The notes under the pieces: generated by a model
What the model saw: only the letters and a program-made list of their open reading frames with translations
Told to the model about the DNA's origin: nothing
Database searches by the model: none
Shown here: positions 37,407 through 47,949 of the stretch, piece after piece
How the letters are laid out: every line of letters begins with the position of its first letter
Position numbering within the stretch: the first letter of the stretch is position 1
Position numbers and translations under genes: made by a program
Virus record (IMG/VR): IMGVR_UViG_3300043470_000815
Strand: one strand, 5' to 3'
From: a virus
DNA length: 64,000 nt

Positions 37407-39413
37407 TTACAAAGGAATATAATCAATATTATTATAATACGAAAGTATGCCCTCCAGCGAAGTCTCCCAATCCGAGTTACTAAATGTGTGGGTGACTTTT
37501 ACAACCATGAAGTACGAATTATATTCATTTCGCCACGCAGACGGTACTTGTGTTGTTGAAATAGCATTTCCCGGTTCAATTCCCCACACCCCATTTATTG
37601 TTATATTCATCGAAAGTCCCGGATAATGGACTGTGGAATGTTCAACCGTTTTTTCATCATTTTTATTTAAACGTCCCATCACTGATTTCAAGGCATTTAT
37701 TTCGGTATCATTGAAATAGTTTGTTCCAAGATTTCCCGGATTTTTAATAATTGAAAATCTATCTGTTCGGGCTTTTTCGTGTTCATTTGACCGTTGTGCT
37801 TTTAATTTAGGTGAACAACCACGCAGGGTAGAAATAGCATCACCTTTTTTACTTGTACCAACAAACATTGATGCTTTATATTCTTCCGACCCAACATTAC
37901 TTTGTACCTCACAAGTTCTAGTATTTCCATCGCCGTCAATAGGATCAAAAATAATACATTTTAATGTTCCAGTAACACCGTAATTCTGATCCACAACAAT
38001 TAAAGTACTGTTATTGTCGGGGTTTTCAACTAATCGCAATGAAATAGCACCACCAGTACAAGATGATATTTGGTCACTTATTTTTTCAAAAAAGTGAATT
38101 ATATTTACGACCTGCTCTTGTGTATCTTTGACATCCGTATTATCCGATTCAGATTTGCGGGGTTGAGTTGCTGCTGTATAAGCAGACGAAATAACGTCAC
38201 GATGTAATAAAATATTTTGTAGATGAATATTTCCTTGTCCTAAATTACACTTAACAGCCGCTAAATTCTTACAATCTTTATCAAAATCTTTACCTTTATT
38301 TTTAACATTAAGGTAATTTGCCTGACCCAACATCAACATATGTATCGGATCACCTGAAATTATACCATCGGCCACTCGACATTTGGAATATTTTGGATGA
38401 AATTCTACTTTTACTTTATTAAATTTATCGCGTTCGTGGGCAACGTGACAAGTGAAAGAACGTAATAATTGATCGTTAATTATTCGATTAACAATGTAAC
38501 CCAATGAAACATAAACTTGGTTGTTAGCCACTTCTACTTCACTTTTACCACCAACCACTCCCTTCATAATTCCGCCCACCCAAGCCATACCACGTTCCGC
38601 TAAATTGCGTAAATGATCTCCAGTGTAAACTACTATTGCGGCACTGTTATCAAATGAACCGGGATTATAATCCACGAAATTTGTTATTACCTGCCCATCT
38701 TCTATATCATCAATACTTGTTTGCCCGTTCCCTTGTGCGTCCGATGCAATTAATTGGGCAACACCTTTAACAGCATTTATTTCATTATCAATACCTGTTT
38801 TATATTTTAACGGCCCTGAATCACCCGATTGTCCCGACCCACCCAAAGCATTACAACCATTACAAATAACCAATTGCATTTCTAAATTTTCAATTGCCGT
38901 TGATGCACTCACAGCGGTAAATGAACAAATCCAAAAACCTTCACTTGTAGTATTGAATGAAAATGTCGCAACTTTAAAACCATCCAACCTTGTTGAACTG
39001 TTATTTGCCCAACTATTTTTGTAACCAAATGTAACATCTATTTCGTTTCCCGGTAATAAAAAATATTTTTGTATTGCTTCAAAATCATATACCGTAAAAC
39101 ACCTGATACTTGCAGATATTCTACGTGCTAAACCCCAAGTTCCAGCATATTCCAATTTAACAGTTTCTAATTGCGGTTTGGGTTTAAATGAATTTCCATA
39201 ATTAGATTGCCAAGTATCCCGTTCGGCTGGTAAAGTTCGTGAACCCCCACCACCACATGATTTATTATGACCCGTTATTTTTACAAAACATGGATTTCGA
39301 TCTTGAACCGATTTACCACCAATTGTTTGCGTTCCATTCAATAATCCACGACGCTGTTTGATTATTTCAAATACGTTATTGGTTGGATTTCGTCGGTATA
39401 ATGATTCTGACAT
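37407..39413 (-). CDS. putative baseplate hub-like structural protein
   Basis: 668 aa; C-terminal MNITINGVWGI.PGN...FMVVKVTH.FS..DWET. Confidence 0.55.
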   Translation of the reverse strand: MSESLYRRNPTNNVFEIIKQRRGLLNGTQTIGGKSVQDRNPCFVKITGHNKSCGGGGSRTLPAERDTWQSNYGNSFKPKPQLETVKLEYAGTWGLARRISASIRCFTVYDFEAIQKYFLLPGNEIDVTFGYKNSWANNSSTRLDGFKVATFSFNTTSEGFWICSFTAVSASTAIENLEMQLVICNGCNALGGSGQSGDSGPLKYKTGIDNEINAVKGVAQLIASDAQGNGQTSIDDIEDGQVITNFVDYNPGSFDNSAAIVVYTGDHLRNLAERGMAWVGGIMKGVVGGKSEVEVANNQVYVSLGYIVNRIINDQLLRSFTCHVAHERDKFNKVKVEFHPKYSKCRVADGIISGDPIHMLMLGQANYLNVKNKGKDFDKDCKNLAAVKCNLGQGNIHLQNILLHRDVISSAYTAATQPRKSESDNTDVKDTQEQVVNIIHFFEKISDQISSCTGGAISLRLVENPDNNSTLIVVDQNYGVTGTLKCIIFDPIDGDGNTRTCEVQSNVGSEEYKASMFVGTSKKGDAISTLRGCSPKLKAQRSNEHEKARTDRFSIIKNPGNLGTNYFNDTEINALKSVMGRLNKNDEKTVEHSTVHYPGLSMNITINGVWGIEPGNAISTTQVPSAWRNEYNSYFMVVKVTHTFSNSDWETSLEGILSYYNNIDYIPL

Positions 39414-39414
39414 T

Positions 39415-40104
39415 TTATTTTAAATTTTTATTTACTAAAACAATTTTATCGGGATCATCAACTATTCCAAGTTTTAAAGTTTTTGCCGAATCCCTAAATT
39501 GTTGGGGTGGTGTTTTGAACCATGAATCATTGGTTGAAAAATAAAATGGTTTATCTTTAGTACTCATATATTTTTCTAATTTTTCCGATGGTTTAACAGT
39601 CCACATATAAACTGGACGACTGCCATGAAAATATCCATATATATGTATAGTATCCTTGGATGGTGGTTGACCATGTGTACTTACATTATGCGTAGGTGTG
39701 ACATAATCATTACCTTCCACCGCGTTTATTTTATTCATTTTTTCGATAAAATATGCGTCATGTACAACCCGCCACTTACCATCTAAATATGGTTTTATTC
39801 GACGTGCAACAATATTTGCCTGAACATAATGAATTGTTTCATGGAACACCACTGGTCTTAAAAATTTATCATCATCTACAAAATCTTTATTTATTTTTAA
39901 AACGGGATTAACAATATGACCAGTACGTGGTTGATATACAAACAATCCAGCCTTAGTTGGCATACTTGTAATTGAAAACTTAGGAATACCCCATTCTTGT
40001 ATATCAGAATAATATTCGGGAAAGTATTTTTGCATACATTCCTTGAAAAAATATTCTAATTTTGAAGTAGATGTAACTTCATTTAAGATTGTTTTTAATT
40101 TCAT
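39415..40104 (-). CDS. SprT-like zinc metalloprotease with MKLKTILNE leader
   Basis: VFHETIH...HDAYF; start reassigned to 40104. Confidence 0.75.
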   Translation of the reverse strand: MKLKTILNEVTSTSKLEYFFKECMQKYFPEYYSDIQEWGIPKFSITSMPTKAGLFVYQPRTGHIVNPVLKINKDFVDDDKFLRPVVFHETIHYVQANIVARRIKPYLDGKWRVVHDAYFIEKMNKINAVEGNDYVTPTHNVSTHGQPPSKDTIHIYGYFHGSRPVYMWTVKPSEKLEKYMSTKDKPFYFSTNDSWFKTPPQQFRDSAKTLKLGIVDDPDKIVLVNKNLK

Positions 40105-40105
40105 A

Positions 40106-40624
40106 TTACGAATAAATATTTGCATCATTTTCATCCCATGACCCATCATTTTTTACTGATTTGATTTGACTTGGATTAAACGTGACTACCCAATTTCCCC
40201 AAATAAAACCATCATAACCATTTTTTTCTAATAAATCACTAACATCCTCCCAAGGTACACCTTTGGCATCGGGAATAATTTCAAATATTTGTTCTTTTTT
40301 TTCCTTTGCCCATTCTACTGTACCATCCGAATTTGCTATATCACTTTTTATAATAAACGGATTTTTAACAGATAAATAAACTGATAATATTTTACTACCA
40401 TAAGTTTTTGCATCATTTTTATGTTCTGTGAAATAAAAACCTTTTGACAACCATCCCGATCTTTTTTTAGATATGTCAAATTTATCAAAATCTATATTAG
40501 TTCCATGATAATAAATCATTGGTTTACTACCATTGGTTACTTTACTATTCCCAAACCATTTTTTGAAATTAGCGTTTAAATTAGATTCACGCAAAACTTC
40601 ATTTAAGATTTTTTTTAATTTCAT
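40106..40624 (-). CDS. ADP-ribosyltransferase-fold (ART-PolyVal-like) protein with MKLKKILNE leader
   Basis: FKKWFGNSKV, YYHGT, GFYFT, YLSVKNP, YDG, FNPSQIKS. Confidence 0.7.
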   Translation of the reverse strand: MKLKKILNEVLRESNLNANFKKWFGNSKVTNGSKPMIYYHGTNIDFDKFDISKKRSGWLSKGFYFTEHKNDAKTYGSKILSVYLSVKNPFIIKSDIANSDGTVEWAKEKKEQIFEIIPDAKGVPWEDVSDLLEKNGYDGFIWGNWVVTFNPSQIKSVKNDGSWDENDANIYS

Positions 40625-41166
40625 ATAAAATACCTCGAATTAATTGACGGACGTTTACCCTGACTATCCCCCAACACCCGAATTGAAACGGAACAATCGG
40701 TTAACATTGGACGACCATCAATCCAAACATTATCACCCGTCCAATTATAATTAACGGCTGTTAAAACGCCATAACCTTTGTATAATTGACCAATTTGGAA
40801 ATAAACGTGCGGAGCATTGTAACCATAACCATTTTTATAAATTGGATATGTCATTTTGCCCAACCTAGCAAGTTTGTATTCGTGATTTTGTTCCTGTTCT
40901 TCTTTATTCATTGCGATAACCTGAAATGAAACACTTAAACTTCGATTCATTGAAGTGTACATCATGGTTGGATCGGCACGACCCATATCAAAATTTTCAG
41001 ACCAAGCAGGGCTGGATGAATCATCAATAGAAACAATATGTGCTTCAAACTGAATTTTCCAATTATCAGCGTCGTTTGAAGATGCAACATCCAAACCAGT
41101 TTCGGGGTTGGCACGGTGGAAATAAAACGTTTCGGGTAAAAATTGATTATTGCGAGGTCTTGGCAT
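40621..41166 (-). CDS. tail tube initiator / baseplate (gp48/gp54-like) protein
   Basis: FEAHI.SI.D...W....MGRADP..Y....RS.SVSF, P.V.FQIG.LY. Confidence 0.6.
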   Translation of the reverse strand: MPRPRNNQFLPETFYFHRANPETGLDVASSNDADNWKIQFEAHIVSIDDSSSPAWSENFDMGRADPTMMYTSMNRSLSVSFQVIAMNKEEQEQNHEYKLARLGKMTYPIYKNGYGYNAPHVYFQIGQLYKGYGVLTAVNYNWTGDNVWIDGRPMLTDCSVSIRVLGDSQGKRPSINSRYFI

Positions 41167-41181
41167 ATTTTGAGCATTAAT

Positions 41182-41397
41182 TTATAATGATGAAATTATT
41201 TTCTTAAATGCTGTAATATCTTCCGAATGAATTGTTATTTCCGTATTATTTTCGGTATCAGTAATTCTTAGACTATTATCATTGAAAGTTGTTACTTTAT
41301 AACGACCATTTGGTAAACGTACTGTTCGCAATTCACCTATCTCATTTAAAATTTTTTTATAGATTTTTCGTACACGTTCTTCTAATTGTTTTTTCAT
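41182..41397 (-). CDS. hypothetical protein with KKILNE leader
   Basis: 71 aa ORF. Confidence 0.55.
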   Translation of the reverse strand: MKKQLEERVRKIYKKILNEIGELRTVRLPNGRYKVTTFNDNSLRITDTENNTEITIHSEDITAFKKIISSL

Positions 41398-41418
41398 AAT
41401 TTGTTTAATTTTTAAATA

Positions 41419-44400
41419 TTAATTGTTAAACTGTTTCTTCACAATTTTACCAACCGAGTAGCCATCCAAAGTGATTTCTTGACTGGTTTGTTGATTTGAT
41501 AAAATTGTTATCATTTGTTGCATTAATTGTTCTAATCGCTTAGTGGATAAATTACTCAAACTATCCGAACTATATTCCAATTCGTCTTTGATATTGTTTT
41601 GACGGGTTATTTCGAGTTCTTTTTGACGATCTACAATTTTTGTTATATTAACATTTTGTGCCGTTGATTCACGTGGTGGATTTAACGGTTGAACAGTTGG
41701 TTGTTTAATCGGTTTTAAGTTCTGATTAACTTCAATTTGGTCGGTTGGGTTGTTTAATAAATTAACTTTCTTATCAATGTTGATATTAATATCATCTGAT
41801 AATTTACTAAAATCAATTTCCGATGAAATTTTGTTTAATCGTTCAATTGAACTGGTCAATATAAGTATAGAGTCACTGACCATTTTCAACGGTTCGGCTG
41901 ATTCTGCGATTTTTTCAAGATCACCAACAATCCCACCACCCATTATAGACGAAAATCCTTTAGAAATATTACCAAATGTTTGGGAGGTTGATAATGTAAA
42001 TAAAGCCGCCGAAATAGCAGTTATTCCCAATGCAACGTCAAACATATTAATTAATGTTAATTTTTCTAATTCATTGGTTAATTGTGCAATTGTATCAAAC
42101 TTTATATTGGCAATTGTTCCTGACAACATAGAAACTACTGAATTTACCGCTATTAAACTAACAGATAAAACTCCAATAGCAGCAGCACCCATAATAATCA
42201 TTGGTGAAACAGTACCTAATACAGTACCAACCACCCCAATTCCAGCCAACCCAACAATACCTTTTAAGATACTTGACCATTCCACATCATTTAACATTTT
42301 TAATGAATAAGCAAGTGGAATAATTGATGCACCTAACAATGCAATTCCAACCGATGCTCCTACTAATAAAGGTGTTAAGGGTGCTAATACATTACCAATA
42401 ACAGCCAACCCAATTAAAGCAGCCGCACCTTTCGCTAAAGACGACCATTCAATGTCGTTAAACATTTTCATTGCATAAGCCATTGGAATTAACGATGCAC
42501 TTAATATACCAAGTGATATTGCACCCATTATCATTGAACCTGACATCTTACCAAGTGCCATTCCAGCGAGTGATAATGCCCCCAATGTGACTATTCCTTT
42601 ACCAACATCCGACCAACTAACACTTGCAAAATTTTGCATTGCTTTTGATGTTACCCATAATGCACCCGAAACAATTAATAACGATGCAGCACCTTTAACA
42701 GCACTTGTATTAAATTTGTTTAAACCTTTGGCAATTCCCGATAAAATATTTTCAATAACCGAACCAATTCCTTTACTTAATTTTACAAAAGAACTGGTTA
42801 TGAAGTTGATAATTTCATTAAGGGTGGATTTTAAGCCTTTCCAAACATTTTTAATTGTCGTTGAAAGTTTAGTGAAAATAGATTCAACTTTATCAACACC
42901 TTTAGGAGTTTCAACTTTTTGTGTTGTTAATTTGTCAAATTTAGCGGTAGATTTCTTTGTATTTTCAATTTCAGTTTTTTTGGTTGTCGTTATTTCTTCA
43001 ACTTTTTTAGGAATTTCTACATCCGATGATAATTTTTTAATCGGTTCAACTTTCCCAATTTCCTTTGGTATTTCTGATTTATTCGGAAGTTCCAAATCTT
43101 GGGGGGAAGGCATTTCAATTTCAGGTGTTATTTTTTTAGAAAACAATCCTTTTATTTTGTCCTTTAATGGTGTAAGACCTTTTTCAAATTTAGATTCCAG
43201 TTTCTTTTCAAAAACCTTTGAAATTGCCGTGTCTAAATAACCACCCAACAGTACACCACCCACCGAAAATACATCGGACATTGCACCTTTAATACCACTT
43301 GAATTATCCGTTATTCCGTTTTCAATTGTTTTACCAAAACCACTTAATTTTCGTGCTTGGTCAATTGCCATCATTGCGACTGCTTTAGTTCCGATTTGTG
43401 TAACCGTCTTAAATCCTTCACTTGCACCTAAATTTGAAAATAATGATTTGGATTTAGTTTTTATTTTATCAATATTTGTTGATGCTGTATTTGTAGCAGA
43501 AACAATTTCACCAGTTGCCGCAACAGTTTGTTTTGAAACTTCTTTAACAATTTGTTTTGAATTATTGGTAACTGAATCAATGGTTGGATTAATAGCGGCA
43601 ATTGATTTATTAACTTCTTCAATGGCAGGTTTATTATCACCCGCTTTTGAAAACATATTCCCAATTGACGAAGATAAATCAGTCGTTTTGTCTTTAATAG
43701 ATGAAATACCATTGAATAATTTTTTTCCTATATACAATGAACCTAATATTGTACCAATATATTGAAGTGGCGTTTTTAGTGATTCTAATGAATCGTTGAT
43801 ACCTTTAACAGAATCCGATGTTCCAAAGAAATAATCTGTTATTCGTTGTATTCCATCCCCAATCCACTTTAAAGGTGTTAAAAATCCTTTAATTAAAAAC
43901 GCGATTGGTTTAATAACAGTTCCAACCACTTTAAAAGCACCGATAATAATGTCAATTAATGGCATTATTGCGTCAATTCCATCGGCAAATGATTCGATTA
44001 ATGGTATTAATGATTTAATTAATACACCTTTAATTTTATCCCATGCAATTGATAACCGATCCGTACTTTGAAGTTGTTCTAATCGTTGACGAATTTGATC
44101 TTTATTTAATTTACTAATATCACCAAGTCGATCAATATTTGCTTCTAGGTTATCCTTTTCAACACCACTAAAATCAGCCATTTGTTCGTGCATCCTAACA
44201 GATTTCGTTAAATCTTCATTAGTCATTCCTAAAGTTTTAGCAATTTTAGTACGTGTCAAATAGTCCATTTTACTAAACTCTTCAACTGTTCCAATATTTT
44301 CCATGATGGATTTTGTCATACCTTCAATGTCACCCGAAAGTCCTAAATCAAATGCTTCACTAAAATCAATACCCCGATTAGACATTGCATTTAATTCATA

Positions 44401-46407
44401 CATATCGGTCATAAACTCATCCAAGGATAGCATTTTTTGTGCAATTTGACCAGCCTGCTTTAACGACATTCCCATCCTACGGACGTTAATTGCCGCTTTT
44501 GCCGCTTGTTCAGGCATTCCTAAGAAATAAGTAAATACTTCTTCACTTGCATCGACTAAATCTTTATTTATTATTTGTGGACTTAAACCAACCAATTCGG
44601 ACATTAGTCCTAAATTAGTCTGTAAATTGACAGCCATTGAATCATCAGCACCAATTCCAGCAAATACTTTATGAATTTTAGTTGCCTCGGTTGCACTATA
44701 ACCAAATGCTTTACCCATTTCGGAAATACTTAACATAAGGTCACTATTTCCCTTTTCCATTGCCGAAAATACTTTACCGCTGCTACCAATTAATTCGGTT
44801 TGAATATCCTGAATATCACGTAACGTTGTAAATTGGTTGGAACTGGTCGTTAAAATATCTAATTGAACATCTAATAACTGTTTGGATTGAAGTAATGAAA
44901 CATTCATTTCAGAACTCATACTTTTTAGTTTATCAGTCATTCCAGCCACGTATTTGAATAACAATGCTGTACCAACCACCATTAAGTTCAAAGGATTTAA
45001 AACCGACTTTAGGGCGGGAGTCATTTCTTTGTAATACGTTTTTAGTGCCGATGCCCTTGTTCCACCCTCAATTAATTTATTTGTTAATGCTTCAATTCCT
45101 TTTTGATGACTGTTCATCAAAATTGTAGAAATATTTGAAAATCCTAATAAGTTAGAAACACCTTGTGGTAAAATTGACGAAATATAATCAAACCCATCCC
45201 CGATTTTACGGACAGATTGTTCGGTGGATTTCAACAAATCTAGGTTTTTCATTATAATATTGGCTTTAGCCTGTTCACCTAGAATAGCAGATTTAATTAA
45301 ATCAATATCATCATTTTTTAATTTTATTTGTTCGATTAGGATTTGGGTGGAAAGTCCCATCGGTTTAATTAATTCAGCCAACCTAGCATTTTGTTCTTCC
45401 GTCCTACCAATACCAATTCCCAATAATGAATTTAATTCACCAAATCCAGCCGTTAAACTTTCCGAAATATTATTTTTTAAAACAATTGTGTCAAGTTCTT
45501 CAATTGTTTTTTTATATTCATCGGCTGTTAATTTTAAATTTGTAACGGAATTAGTTATTTCTCCAGTATCAACATTTATTTTAATGGAAATATCACCAAA
45601 ATCAGCAGCCATTTGACGTGCTAAATTTTCCTGTAATTTTGTGTTTTTATTGAAAAATTCGGTTAAACCCGCCAACCTTGTACTATTTTCTAAATCAATT
45701 GCTTTTACAACTTTTTCAATTTCATTATTTAAATCATCGGTTAATGGATTAAAATGAAATGGAATATCAATTAAGTTTGTGTTTAAATTTTTAATTAGTG
45801 AATTAGTATCATCCTTTATTTTTCTAACCAAAGTTTCAGCATCAAAAAACGCATCATTCATTCCTGTGAATAAATTATCAAAATCGACGCGTTTTTTAAC
45901 GATTTTGGTTAATGTTTCGTCAATGTTGATAGAAGTTCCACCAATCTTTTCGTAAACTCTGCGATTGTCACCAATAACCTTTAAAATATCTTTTTGTGAA
46001 CGCAATAATGATTTGGTAATATCATATTCACTTTCAACTAAATCATAACGATCTGATAATAAATCCAAATAATCTTCGGCGTTATCAATTTCATCTTCTT
46101 GAATCTTTTCTAATTCACGAAATTTATCAAGAATTTTATCAATATCCTTTTGTTCGGCTTTACGTGCCTTTGCCCATTTGACCGCGTAATCATCTTGAAT
46201 TTCTAAACCTTCGCGAACATCGTCAATTAACTTTCGTGCATCTTCTTCATTTTTGACAAAACCCGATTGTAACAACGACATTACCTTTAGTAATTCCCTG
46301 TTAATTTTTATTTGTTCCTGCGATGAAGCATTGGTCGTTTGAACTACCTTATATAAGCCATCTAACAGTTTTTTTATCTCACTTGAATCGTCACGTTGCT
46401 TTGCCAT
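41419..46407 (-). CDS. tail tape measure protein
   Basis: 1662 aa helical protein with Ala/Gly/Leu hydrophobic repeats, upstream of baseplate genes. Confidence 0.85.
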   Translation of the reverse strand: MAKQRDDSSEIKKLLDGLYKVVQTTNASSQEQIKINRELLKVMSLLQSGFVKNEEDARKLIDDVREGLEIQDDYAVKWAKARKAEQKDIDKILDKFRELEKIQEDEIDNAEDYLDLLSDRYDLVESEYDITKSLLRSQKDILKVIGDNRRVYEKIGGTSINIDETLTKIVKKRVDFDNLFTGMNDAFFDAETLVRKIKDDTNSLIKNLNTNLIDIPFHFNPLTDDLNNEIEKVVKAIDLENSTRLAGLTEFFNKNTKLQENLARQMAADFGDISIKINVDTGEITNSVTNLKLTADEYKKTIEELDTIVLKNNISESLTAGFGELNSLLGIGIGRTEEQNARLAELIKPMGLSTQILIEQIKLKNDDIDLIKSAILGEQAKANIIMKNLDLLKSTEQSVRKIGDGFDYISSILPQGVSNLLGFSNISTILMNSHQKGIEALTNKLIEGGTRASALKTYYKEMTPALKSVLNPLNLMVVGTALLFKYVAGMTDKLKSMSSEMNVSLLQSKQLLDVQLDILTTSSNQFTTLRDIQDIQTELIGSSGKVFSAMEKGNSDLMLSISEMGKAFGYSATEATKIHKVFAGIGADDSMAVNLQTNLGLMSELVGLSPQIINKDLVDASEEVFTYFLGMPEQAAKAAINVRRMGMSLKQAGQIAQKMLSLDEFMTDMYELNAMSNRGIDFSEAFDLGLSGDIEGMTKSIMENIGTVEEFSKMDYLTRTKIAKTLGMTNEDLTKSVRMHEQMADFSGVEKDNLEANIDRLGDISKLNKDQIRQRLEQLQSTDRLSIAWDKIKGVLIKSLIPLIESFADGIDAIMPLIDIIIGAFKVVGTVIKPIAFLIKGFLTPLKWIGDGIQRITDYFFGTSDSVKGINDSLESLKTPLQYIGTILGSLYIGKKLFNGISSIKDKTTDLSSSIGNMFSKAGDNKPAIEEVNKSIAAINPTIDSVTNNSKQIVKEVSKQTVAATGEIVSATNTASTNIDKIKTKSKSLFSNLGASEGFKTVTQIGTKAVAMMAIDQARKLSGFGKTIENGITDNSSGIKGAMSDVFSVGGVLLGGYLDTAISKVFEKKLESKFEKGLTPLKDKIKGLFSKKITPEIEMPSPQDLELPNKSEIPKEIGKVEPIKKLSSDVEIPKKVEEITTTKKTEIENTKKSTAKFDKLTTQKVETPKGVDKVESIFTKLSTTIKNVWKGLKSTLNEIINFITSSFVKLSKGIGSVIENILSGIAKGLNKFNTSAVKGAASLLIVSGALWVTSKAMQNFASVSWSDVGKGIVTLGALSLAGMALGKMSGSMIMGAISLGILSASLIPMAYAMKMFNDIEWSSLAKGAAALIGLAVIGNVLAPLTPLLVGASVGIALLGASIIPLAYSLKMLNDVEWSSILKGIVGLAGIGVVGTVLGTVSPMIIMGAAAIGVLSVSLIAVNSVVSMLSGTIANIKFDTIAQLTNELEKLTLINMFDVALGITAISAALFTLSTSQTFGNISKGFSSIMGGGIVGDLEKIAESAEPLKMVSDSILILTSSIERLNKISSEIDFSKLSDDININIDKKVNLLNNPTDQIEVNQNLKPIKQPTVQPLNPPRESTAQNVNITKIVDRQKELEITRQNNIKDELEYSSDSLSNLSTKRLEQLMQQMITILSNQQTSQEITLDGYSVGKIVKKQFNN

Positions 46408-46421
46408 ATATTTTTACTTTA

Positions 46422-46495
46422 AATGACCAATACTAAACTTTGTTTTTTAATAATGGTAATTATCTAAATTTTTTTAATGACCAATACTAAACTTT
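46422..46495. repeat. 20 bp exact direct repeat AATGACCAATACTAAACTTT (2 copies, 54 bp period)
   Basis: copies at 46422-41 and 46476-95. Confidence 0.9.
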
Positions 46496-46517
46496 TATTT
46501 TTTTAATACTGACAATT

Positions 46518-46739
46518 TTATTTAACCGTTTTTGTATAATTTTTACACAATGTACTGTTTGGATGACGTTTACAATAATCGGGCAACCGATCTTTCACCT
46601 GTTTCAAATGAAATTGTGCCGTATCAATGTACGATTGCAATTCAGGATCATTATCCATTATTTTTTCCGCACGTTTAAGATTGGACATAACGCTTGGTAA
46701 TGCCAATAGTTTTGCTATTTGAACAAAAAAAGTTTCCAT
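46518..46739 (-). CDS. hypothetical protein
   Basis: 73 aa ORF upstream of the tape measure. Confidence 0.55.
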   Translation of the reverse strand: METFFVQIAKLLALPSVMSNLKRAEKIMDNDPELQSYIDTAQFHLKQVKDRLPDYCKRHPNSTLCKNYTKTVK

Positions 46740-46792
46740 TGTTATAAATAGTTTATTTGTTAAATTATCTTACCTACCTAACGGATAATTTA

Positions 46793-46863
46793 TTAAATAG
46801 TGTTAATGTAATGTTAATCAGTATTAAAAATTAGGTAGAATAGGTTGGGTGGGTGTATCTTTG
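46793..46863 (+). promoter_or_regulatory. promoter TATCTTTG at the strand switch, with phased TTAA half-sites
   Basis: TATCTTTG at 46856-63; TTAA at 46793, 46803, 46814, 46824; TTAATGTAATGTTAA at 46803-17. Confidence 0.65.
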
Positions 46864-46905
46864 TACTGTTAATAAAAAACATTTCAAAATTAAAACTAAA
46901 ATATT

Positions 46906-47100
46906 ATGAACTATAACGAATTAGAACAAAAAGCAGACCTTGTTTGGTCAACATTAAATAGCATCGAAAACCAAGATAAATCAAAACGTGAACAAATGAA
47001 TTTGATTAAAACCATTTTACTTCAAATGGCAGAAGAACAACGCGAGGTTGGTAGAAATCAAATAAAAAACTTAATTTCAGAAACTATTAAAAATGTCTAA
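46906..47100 (+). CDS. hypothetical protein
   Basis: 64 aa ORF, first after the promoter. Confidence 0.6.
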   Translation: MNYNELEQKADLVWSTLNSIENQDKSKREQMNLIKTILLQMAEEQREVGRNQIKNLISETIKNV

Positions 47101-47179
47101 AAATCTATTAAAACTCGCCGCAATTATATTTGTGGCTGCATTCTTTATATTATTAACTTATAACGCAATTTTTGAATAA
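47093..47179 (+). CDS. small membrane protein (28 aa, not in ORF track)
   Basis: MSKNLLKLAAIIFVAAFFILLTYNAIFE. Confidence 0.45.
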   Translation: MSKNLLKLAAIIFVAAFFILLTYNAIFE

Positions 47180-47182
47180 CTT

Positions 47183-47401
47183 ATGAAACTTACAAAGGAA
47201 ATATTACTTAAACTTGGTTTTGATGAAAATGGTAAAATTTATACAAGATGGAAGTTAGACCTACATGAACATGAACAAGGAATTTTTTCTTTTCACGAAG
47301 GACGTATTTATTTTGATGTCGAAACTGTTGAAAAATTACATCAACTTTGGATAATGATTAACGCAGAAGATCAAATGCCATTACCAATAAACGAAATATA
47401 A
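47183..47401 (+). CDS. hypothetical protein
   Basis: LTKEILLKLGF...LHQLW motif. Confidence 0.6.
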   Translation: MKLTKEILLKLGFDENGKIYTRWKLDLHEHEQGIFSFHEGRIYFDVETVEKLHQLWIMINAEDQMPLPINEI

Positions 47402-47415
47402 ATTATTATAAAAAA

Positions 47416-47757
47416 ATGAATATTAAAATAAAATTAGAACAACGGGTTTACCGTAAAAGTCAAAAACCCGATCCACAGGATTTAATTAATAATATTATTT
47501 ATACATTTTGTAACAGGTCGGTTGGGGGAGTTTATCGGAACAATGATAATATGTATATGTTTCACTACGAAAAACACAATAAAAAAGTTATCAGTAGGAA
47601 ACGAACCAAAGACAAAACTGGTAAATATCCAAGTAAAACGGTTTCTATAATCGTTCCTGCCTACTGGAAGATCACAGTTACAATTATTCCACACGAAGTA
47701 TTGAAATTGATGAATAAAAAAGTCAAGCAGAATTTACGGAATTGGGAGTTCGTTTGA
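47416..47757 (+). CDS. hypothetical basic protein
   Basis: 113 aa, Lys-rich. Confidence 0.55.
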   Translation: MNIKIKLEQRVYRKSQKPDPQDLINNIIYTFCNRSVGGVYRNNDNMYMFHYEKHNKKVISRKRTKDKTGKYPSKTVSIIVPAYWKITVTIIPHEVLKLMNKKVKQNLRNWEFV

Positions 47758-47895
47758 TAAATCAAATGGACAGTTAATTTATTTAATTTATTAAATAAAC
47801 TTTTTAGTTCGTTTAATTTTAAAAATTAGGTAGGGTGGTTTACCAACCCAACGATTAAATATAATCATTCTATGGATAAATATTAATAATTAATG

Positions 47896-47946
47896 TTAAC
47901 ACAAAGTTAATAAATTAATTGTTTGGTGGGTAAGAATATACTTATA
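47896..47946 (+). promoter_or_regulatory. perfect TTAAC-N5-GTTAA palindrome with imperfect -7 box upstream of candidate ncRNA
   Basis: TTAACACAAAGTTAA at 47896-910; TACTTATA at 47939 (28 nt). Confidence 0.5.
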
Positions 47947-47949
47947 AGT

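Noticed and set aside
871-45616. Plus-strand ORFs antisense to long minus-strand genes (e.g. 871, 3948, 14880, 30450, 32920, 41750, 42587, 45224)
   Set aside because: They are shadow frames of well-supported genes, with no motifs or promoters of their own.
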